Positions 58,078 through 63,288 of a stretch of DNA of 63,288 bases are shown piece after piece. Each line of letters begins with the position of its first letter. The stretch's first letter is position 1. The position numbers were made by a program, and so were the translations under genes. The notes below the pieces were generated by a model. It did no database searches. It had not been told where the DNA came from and saw only the letters and a program-made list of their open reading frames with translations. Source of the stretch: Candidatus Omnitrophota bacterium (GTDB lineage: Bacteria > Omnitrophota > Gorgyraeia > JABMRN01 > RBG-13-46-9); contig JABMQJ010000013.1 of the NCBI GenBank assembly GCA_013203315.1, positions 1 to 63,288 of the forward strand. Reading direction: 5' to 3'.

Positions 58078-58088
58078 TTCGGTGCTCC

Positions 58089-60278
58089 TTAAATAATATC
58101 TGTGGCCGTCTTTTCTATAAATTCGAATAGTTCACTGATTTTTGAGGGATCCTTGCCACCGGCCTGGGCGAAATCAGGCCTCCCTCCGCCTGAACCGTTA
58201 ACTATAGGTGCCGCTTTTTTTATTACTTTCTCGGCGTCAAGTCCTCCTGAAATCAGATCTTTTGTACCGGTCAGGACCATATTTACTTTATCGCCATCTT
58301 TACTTTCCAGGAAAATAAAAGCGCTTTTTGTCTTTGACTTTATCTTAGCGGATAAACTCCGCAAAATCCCCATGTTGGCGTTTTCGATCTCTTTGATTAT
58401 GACCTTCACATCCTTTATGACCTTTGCTTCGCTTATGATAACATCTATATCGCCTTCAGCACTTTTTAGTTTCTTTTTTTCGAGGGCTTTTTTTTCTTCT
58501 TTTTTCTTTTCGGCCCTTTCGCTTTCGGTTTTCTTTTTCTCGCTTTCTTCTACCCATTTCCGGGCTTCGTCTGAAGTAAACGCTTCTACCCTGCGCACTC
58601 CCGAAGCGACAGAGCTTTCGTGCGTAATCTTGAAAAAACTTATGTCCTTCGTATTTTCCACGTGCGGCCCGCCGCAGACTTCTTTAGAAAAATCCCCGCA
58701 TGAATAAACCGTTACCTTACCGCTGTATTTCTCCGTGAAAAGCGCGATCGCGCCTTCGGCTTTCGCCTCATTCAGGGTTTTTTCTTCTTTCCGTACTTCT
58801 AAGCCCTTTTCTATGCAATCGTTTACAAGGCTCTCGATTCTTTCAAGCTCCCTCTCTGTAACCTTCTTCGTATGCGTAAAATCAAACCTGAGCCGGCCCG
58901 CTTCCACAAATGACCCTGCCTGATGCGCGTGCTCTCCCAGCACCTTCCGGAGCGCAGCCTGCAAAAGATGCGTTGCCGTGTGATTCCTTTTGATCTTCCT
59001 CTTGCCTTCGGTGTCCGCTCCTACATCGAAAATACCGCCTTTAAACTTGCCGCCTTTTCGTGAAAGCTCACGCCTCTGGTCCATTAGTTTTTGAAACGCC
59101 TTAGTATCTATGCCAATATGTTTTTTACGTGCTTCTTCTTCAATTACTTCTAAGGGAAGTCCGTAAGTATCAAAGAGCTTAAACGCTTCTTTCCCTTTTA
59201 AGGTTTTATCTTTTACGGCGTCAAGCGCTTCATGCAAAAGCGGCATGGTCACCGAAATAGTATGACAGAACTTTTCTTCTTCTTCTTTTACAACAAGTGT
59301 TATTTCTTCTCTTTTTTGAAGGAGTTCCGGATAAGCTTCCTTCATGACTTCGACTACCTTTGGCACTAAGTTATATAAAAACGGTTCCTCCGCGCCTGAA
59401 TGAAGATAGGCGCGCCGTATGAGTTTTCTTATAACATATCCACGCTCTTCGTTTGAAGGCGCTATGCCGTCTGCTATTGCAAATGTCGCTGCGCGCACGT
59501 GATCGGCTATCGCATTTAGGTTCCTTGTTTTAAGCTTCGGGTTGTGTTTTTTAATCTCCTCGATAATTGGTATAAAAAGATCCGTTTCAAAATTTGTCTT
59601 AACCCCCTGCATGACCGATGTAATTCTCTCAAGGCCCATGCCCGTATCAATATTTTTATTCGGGAGCGGATCAAGCTTGCCGCCTTCTTTCCTTTCAAAC
59701 TGCGTGAAAACCAGGTTCCACACTTCTACGGATTTACCGTTCCCCCAATCATAAAAGATCTCAGAACACGGCCCGCATGGTCCGTTCGGCCCGTCTTTAG
59801 GCGCATTGCTCGGCCAGAAATTATCCTTTGCGCCCATTTTCACTATTTTTTTCTTCGGGACCTTTATGTCTTTAAGCCATATGTCGTAGGATTCCTTATC
59901 ATCCTTGTAAACAGAGACCCAGAGCTTTTCTTTCTTTATGCCGAGAACCTCTGTCATGAACTCCCACGCCCATTCAATCGCTTCTTTTTTAAAATAATCA
60001 CCGAACGAAAAATTTCCCAGCATCTCAAAGAACGTGTGATGAGAGGGGGTCTTTCCCACCTTATCCAGGTCAGCGGTCCTCAGGCACTTCTGGGAGGTCG
60101 CCGCTCTTTTATATGTCACGTTATGCCCAAGGAATTGTTCCTTGAACTGGTTCATCCCCGCACTCGTAAATAAAAGCGTGGGATCGGCCTTCGGAACCAA
60201 AGAGTCACTCGGCACAACCGTGTGCTTCTTTGATTTGAAAAATTCCAAAAATTTGTTTCTGATGTCTTTGCTAAGCAC
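58089..60278 (-). CDS. alaS: Alanine--tRNA ligase (short form, 729 aa)
   Basis: DPTLLFTSAGM, FFEMLGNFSFGDYFK, DTGMGLER, HTATH and CGGPH editing motifs, C-Ala GGGRPDFAQAGG. Confidence 0.96.
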   Translation of the reverse strand: MLSKDIRNKFLEFFKSKKHTVVPSDSLVPKADPTLLFTSAGMNQFKEQFLGHNVTYKRAATSQKCLRTADLDKVGKTPSHHTFFEMLGNFSFGDYFKKEAIEWAWEFMTEVLGIKKEKLWVSVYKDDKESYDIWLKDIKVPKKKIVKMGAKDNFWPSNAPKDGPNGPCGPCSEIFYDWGNGKSVEVWNLVFTQFERKEGGKLDPLPNKNIDTGMGLERITSVMQGVKTNFETDLFIPIIEEIKKHNPKLKTRNLNAIADHVRAATFAIADGIAPSNEERGYVIRKLIRRAYLHSGAEEPFLYNLVPKVVEVMKEAYPELLQKREEITLVVKEEEEKFCHTISVTMPLLHEALDAVKDKTLKGKEAFKLFDTYGLPLEVIEEEARKKHIGIDTKAFQKLMDQRRELSRKGGKFKGGIFDVGADTEGKRKIKRNHTATHLLQAALRKVLGEHAHQAGSFVEAGRLRFDFTHTKKVTERELERIESLVNDCIEKGLEVRKEEKTLNEAKAEGAIALFTEKYSGKVTVYSCGDFSKEVCGGPHVENTKDISFFKITHESSVASGVRRVEAFTSDEARKWVEESEKKKTESERAEKKKEEKKALEKKKLKSAEGDIDVIISEAKVIKDVKVIIKEIENANMGILRSLSAKIKSKTKSAFIFLESKDGDKVNMVLTGTKDLISGGLDAEKVIKKAAPIVNGSGGGRPDFAQAGGKDPSKISELFEFIEKTATDII

Positions 60279-60735
60279 CTAAGTTCTCTCTTATTACTTC
60301 TTCGATAACACCGAAACTGAAGCCCCTTCGTGCAAGGAAGCTAAAAAGTTTGCGCTTGGCTTCCGGTTTCGGCAATTTTTCCAAACTCTTTATCTTTTTT
60401 TGAGCGAGCGTTGCGACTACCACGCCCTCGTTTCCACTTTTCTCCGACAGCGCCTTGTCGATAGTAAGAGGCGCTACCCCTTTTCCGGCGAGTTCTTTCC
60501 GAAGTAGCATATCGCCCTTCGGGCTGGTGCGCATTCTCGATTCAATCCAGAGCCTCGAAAATTTCAGATCGTCTATTATTTTTTTATCCTTCAAAGATGA
60601 AATAACCTCACAAACGACCGCTTGGCCAAAGCCCTTTTTGAATAATCTTCCTCTTAATTCCTTCTCGCTTCTCGGCCTTATGCTAAGAAGCCGGTAAGCG
60701 TAGCCGGCGGCTTTATCGTCTTTATTTTTCTTCAC
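60271..60735 (-). CDS. recX: Regulatory protein RecX
   Basis: RPRSEKELRGRL, DDLKFS, ELAGKGV, RRGFS; located near recA. Confidence 0.88.
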   Translation of the reverse strand: MKKNKDDKAAGYAYRLLSIRPRSEKELRGRLFKKGFGQAVVCEVISSLKDKKIIDDLKFSRLWIESRMRTSPKGDMLLRKELAGKGVAPLTIDKALSEKSGNEGVVVATLAQKKIKSLEKLPKPEAKRKLFSFLARRGFSFGVIEEVIRENLGA

Positions 60736-60740
60736 TTCGC

Positions 60741-62312
60741 TTATTCTTCCTTAATGGTGGCGTATCCCTTGTCGGTCCTCACAAGCGCAATGCCGCTTGC
60801 TTCGGATGTAATCTTTTCATAGTCTATTAAATTTTTTATTTTCGTTTTATTGATTTCCCGAATTACATCGCCCTTCCGAAGCCCTGCTTTATGGCCAGTG
60901 CTCGAGCGGGCAACTTCAACGATCACAACGCCTACCTTATCCTCCAACCCTAATTCTCCGGCGATGTTATCCGTGATGTTGAGTACTTTTATGCCGCGCC
61001 ATTTTTCGCTTTGCGCCGGGACTTCAAATATATTTTTTTCGGTGGCCCCTACTGTCTGTGGCTTTTTCTCGATTTTTACTTTTATTCTCTTTTTTACTTT
61101 GTCACGGATGATGTCTACGCGCGCGACCGCACCGATCTCTATTTTATTCACATGTTTTAAGATGTCGTGTAGCGTGTTTATCTCCTTACCGTCAACAGAG
61201 GTTATGATGTCGCCTTCTTTTAAGCCGGCCTTCTGGGCGGGGCTATCCGGAAATATTGCCGCAATTAAGCCGCCTTTTCTGTCCGGCAGATTAAAGTATT
61301 CCACCATCTCAGGCGTTATTTCCTGAACGCTCACGCCAAGCCATCCGTATGCGATTTCTTTGCCCTCTATCAAGTCATTAATTATTTTTTTCGCCTCATT
61401 AACCGGGATGGCAAATCCCACGCCCTGGTATCCGCCGCTGGTGGAAAATATAACGACGTTTATGCCGATTACATTCCCATTCAAATCGCAAAGCGGCCCA
61501 CCGGAGTTGCCGGGGTTTATAGCAGCGTCTGTCTGTATCATGTCAAGATAGCCCCTGTCACCGCTGGGTGACGGAGTCGGTATGCGCCTATGAAGCGCGC
61601 TCACCACGCCGACTGTAATCGTGGGCTTGGGGCTTTTCAGGACATGGCCGTAGGGATTCCCGAGAGCGACAACCCATTCACCTACCTGAACCAGATCCGA
61701 ATTGCCGAGTTTGGCAACCGGTAAATTTTTCGCGTTTATTTTTACCACCGCAAGATCACTTCTCGGGTCCACGCCTTTTATAACACCTTCAAAGCTTCTT
61801 CCGTCAGGAAGTGTTACGTTAATCTCGTCGGCCCCGTCTACGACATGGAAATTAGTGAGTATGTGGCCTTTTTTATCAATAATGAAACCGCTGCCAAGGC
61901 CGCGTTGCTTGAATTCCCTCTCTCCAAACGGCCCGAAGAAATCCTCGAAAAACTTCTCGAATGGATCTTCCCCGTCGCCAAACGGGGTTCTGGATCCAAA
62001 ACGCTTGGAATTAAATTGCGGCGGTCTCTTAAACCCTACCTTTTGCGTTTTTTCGGTAGATATGGTAACGATTGCCTTTCCTACTTTGTCGGCTACGTTT
62101 ATGAACGCGTTCCGAATGTCGATTTCACCTTTTACTATTTTGATTTTTGTGTTATTTACCTTCGGAGCTGGTGTTTTGGCTATCGCAACTGTGCATGTGG
62201 ACTTTGTTGCCTCTTCCACAGGAGCAGCACTTCGTTTACTGCGCACGTATATCCCAAGCACCAATCCAATCGCTATCAATAAAATGACTAAATAGAAAAC
62301 GGCTCTTCGCAT
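60741..62312 (-). CDS. degP: DegP/HtrA (Do-family) serine endoprotease with two PDZ domains
   Basis: N-terminal TM, GSGFII, TNFHV, DLAV, QTDAAINPGNSGGP, two PDZ domains. Confidence 0.93.
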   Translation of the reverse strand: MRRAVFYLVILLIAIGLVLGIYVRSKRSAAPVEEATKSTCTVAIAKTPAPKVNNTKIKIVKGEIDIRNAFINVADKVGKAIVTISTEKTQKVGFKRPPQFNSKRFGSRTPFGDGEDPFEKFFEDFFGPFGEREFKQRGLGSGFIIDKKGHILTNFHVVDGADEINVTLPDGRSFEGVIKGVDPRSDLAVVKINAKNLPVAKLGNSDLVQVGEWVVALGNPYGHVLKSPKPTITVGVVSALHRRIPTPSPSGDRGYLDMIQTDAAINPGNSGGPLCDLNGNVIGINVVIFSTSGGYQGVGFAIPVNEAKKIINDLIEGKEIAYGWLGVSVQEITPEMVEYFNLPDRKGGLIAAIFPDSPAQKAGLKEGDIITSVDGKEINTLHDILKHVNKIEIGAVARVDIIRDKVKKRIKVKIEKKPQTVGATEKNIFEVPAQSEKWRGIKVLNITDNIAGELGLEDKVGVVIVEVARSSTGHKAGLRKGDVIREINKTKIKNLIDYEKITSEASGIALVRTDKGYATIKEE

Positions 62313-62316
62313 GTTT

Positions 62317-63288
62317 CTATTCCTTTCCTTTTAGACTCGCTGTTACTTCTTTTTCGAGTTTTTCCATTATTTTGGGATTCGCCTTCAGGAAAAGCCTTGC
62401 GTTTTCCTTGCCCTGGCCTATTTTCTCTTCGCCGTATGCGTACCAGGTGCCTACTTTTTTTATGACTCCCTGGGTTTCCGCCATGTCCAGCATGTCGGAG
62501 GCCTTTGAAATGCCTTCATCGTACATGATGTCGAATTCCGCCTTCCGGAAAGGCGCCGCTACTTTATTTTTAACAATCTTGGCGCGGACCCTGTTTCCTA
62601 CGACCTCCTCGCCTTTTTTAAGCGACGCTATTCTCCTCAAGTCTATCCTGACAGAGGAGTAAAATTTTAAAGCCCTGCCGCCCGGCGTTGTCTCGGGGTT
62701 TCCCCACATGACCCCGATTTTTTCGCGGATCTGGTTAATGAAAATTACGCATGTCTTCGATTTTGAAATGGCGCCCGAGAGCTTCCTGAGCGCCTGGCTC
62801 ATGAGACGCGCCTGCAGGCCCATGAATGACTGGCCCATTTCACCTTCTATTTCGGCGCGTGGCGTAAGAGCGGCGACAGAGTCTATCACAACTACGTCAA
62901 CGGCGTTGCTGCGAACAAGCGTCTCGGTAATCTCAAGCGCCTGTTCACCTGTATCCGGCTGGGAAATCAAAAGGTCATCCAGGTTCACGCCGATTTTCTT
63001 CGCGTAACCGGCGTCGAAAGCGTGTTCAGCGTCTATGAACGCGGCCTGGCCGCCTAGTTTTTGCACGCTTGCGATTATGCTGAGTGAAAGCGTGGTCTTA
63101 CCGCTTGATTCGGGCCCGAATATTTCTATTACGCGGCCACGCGGCACTCCACCGACGCCAAGCGCCATATCCAGTGAAATCGAGCCTGTCGGGATGGCGG
63201 GCACGTCCAGCTTAAAATCCTGGCCCATCTTCATGATCGCGCCCTTTCCGAACTGCGTTTCGATCTGGCTAAGCGCAAGCTCCAGCGC
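62317..63288 (-). CDS. recA: Recombinase RecA (5' end beyond the window)
   Basis: [31 protein letters not shown]; the frame stays open to the window edge ([19 protein letters not shown]). Confidence 0.98.
   Translation of the reverse strand, partial: ALELALSQIETQFGKGAIMKMGQDFKLDVPAIPTGSISLDMALGVGGVPRGRVIEIFGPESSGKTTLSLSIIASVQKLGGQAAFIDAEHAFDAGYAKKIGVNLDDLLISQPDTGEQALEITETLVRSNAVDVVVIDSVAALTPRAEIEGEMGQSFMGLQARLMSQALRKLSGAISKSKTCVIFINQIREKIGVMWGNPETTPGGRALKFYSSVRIDLRRIASLKKGEEVVGNRVRAKIVKNKVAAPFRKAEFDIMYDEGISKASDMLDMAETQGVIKKVGTWYAYGEEKIGQGKENARLFLKANPKIMEKLEKEVTASLKGKE

Noticed and set aside
180-63007. Numerous plus-strand ORFs of 60-210 aa in the ORF track
   Set aside because: All lie antisense to well-supported minus-strand genes and lack motifs; these are shadow ORFs

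Overview
Bacterial chromosomal segment with about 45 genes, essentially all on the minus strand. It is inferred to come from Candidatus Omnitrophota (OP3, PVC superphylum), based on the giant ORF and its N-terminal domain; this assignment was not tested by a search. Most of the window is housekeeping, read in transcription order: recA(partial)-degP-recX-alaS-hisDBHAFI-trpEGDCFBA-manC-ruvX-M16-M50/CBS-PGM-His phosphatase-lepA-lepB-pgsA-der-plsY, then gpsA-hom-thrC-tRNA-Pro(GGG)-apgM-cstA-lysC-cimA-valS-rluB-nadC-uvrB-birA-coaX-kinase-like gene-GT4. A ~16.6 kb block splits the normally adjacent der-plsY and gpsA genes. It carries two small genes and a 5219-aa giant protein built as a chain of unrelated modules: ChaN/TIKI-like N-domain, M50-like HExxH, internal Tat signal, CBM-like plus GH-A glycosidase, radical SAM, a complete EamA transporter, kinase-like, GNAT, HExxE, two Fic domains, a SAM methyltransferase and a C-domain. 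Three recurring junction elements separate the modules: a DNA-conserved EPA(K/R)DEKxEPSP linker, signal-peptide-like PGFAA hairpins, and Flp-prepilin-like F-x-x-DE-x-G motifs. A perfect G-quadruplex motif resembling the Neisseria pilE G4 sits 2 nt past the stop codon, downstream of candidate antisense promoters. Best candidate new system (inference): a shuffleable, proteolytically processed membrane polyprotein. Module boundaries are approximate and domain calls come from motif recognition by eye, not database searches.
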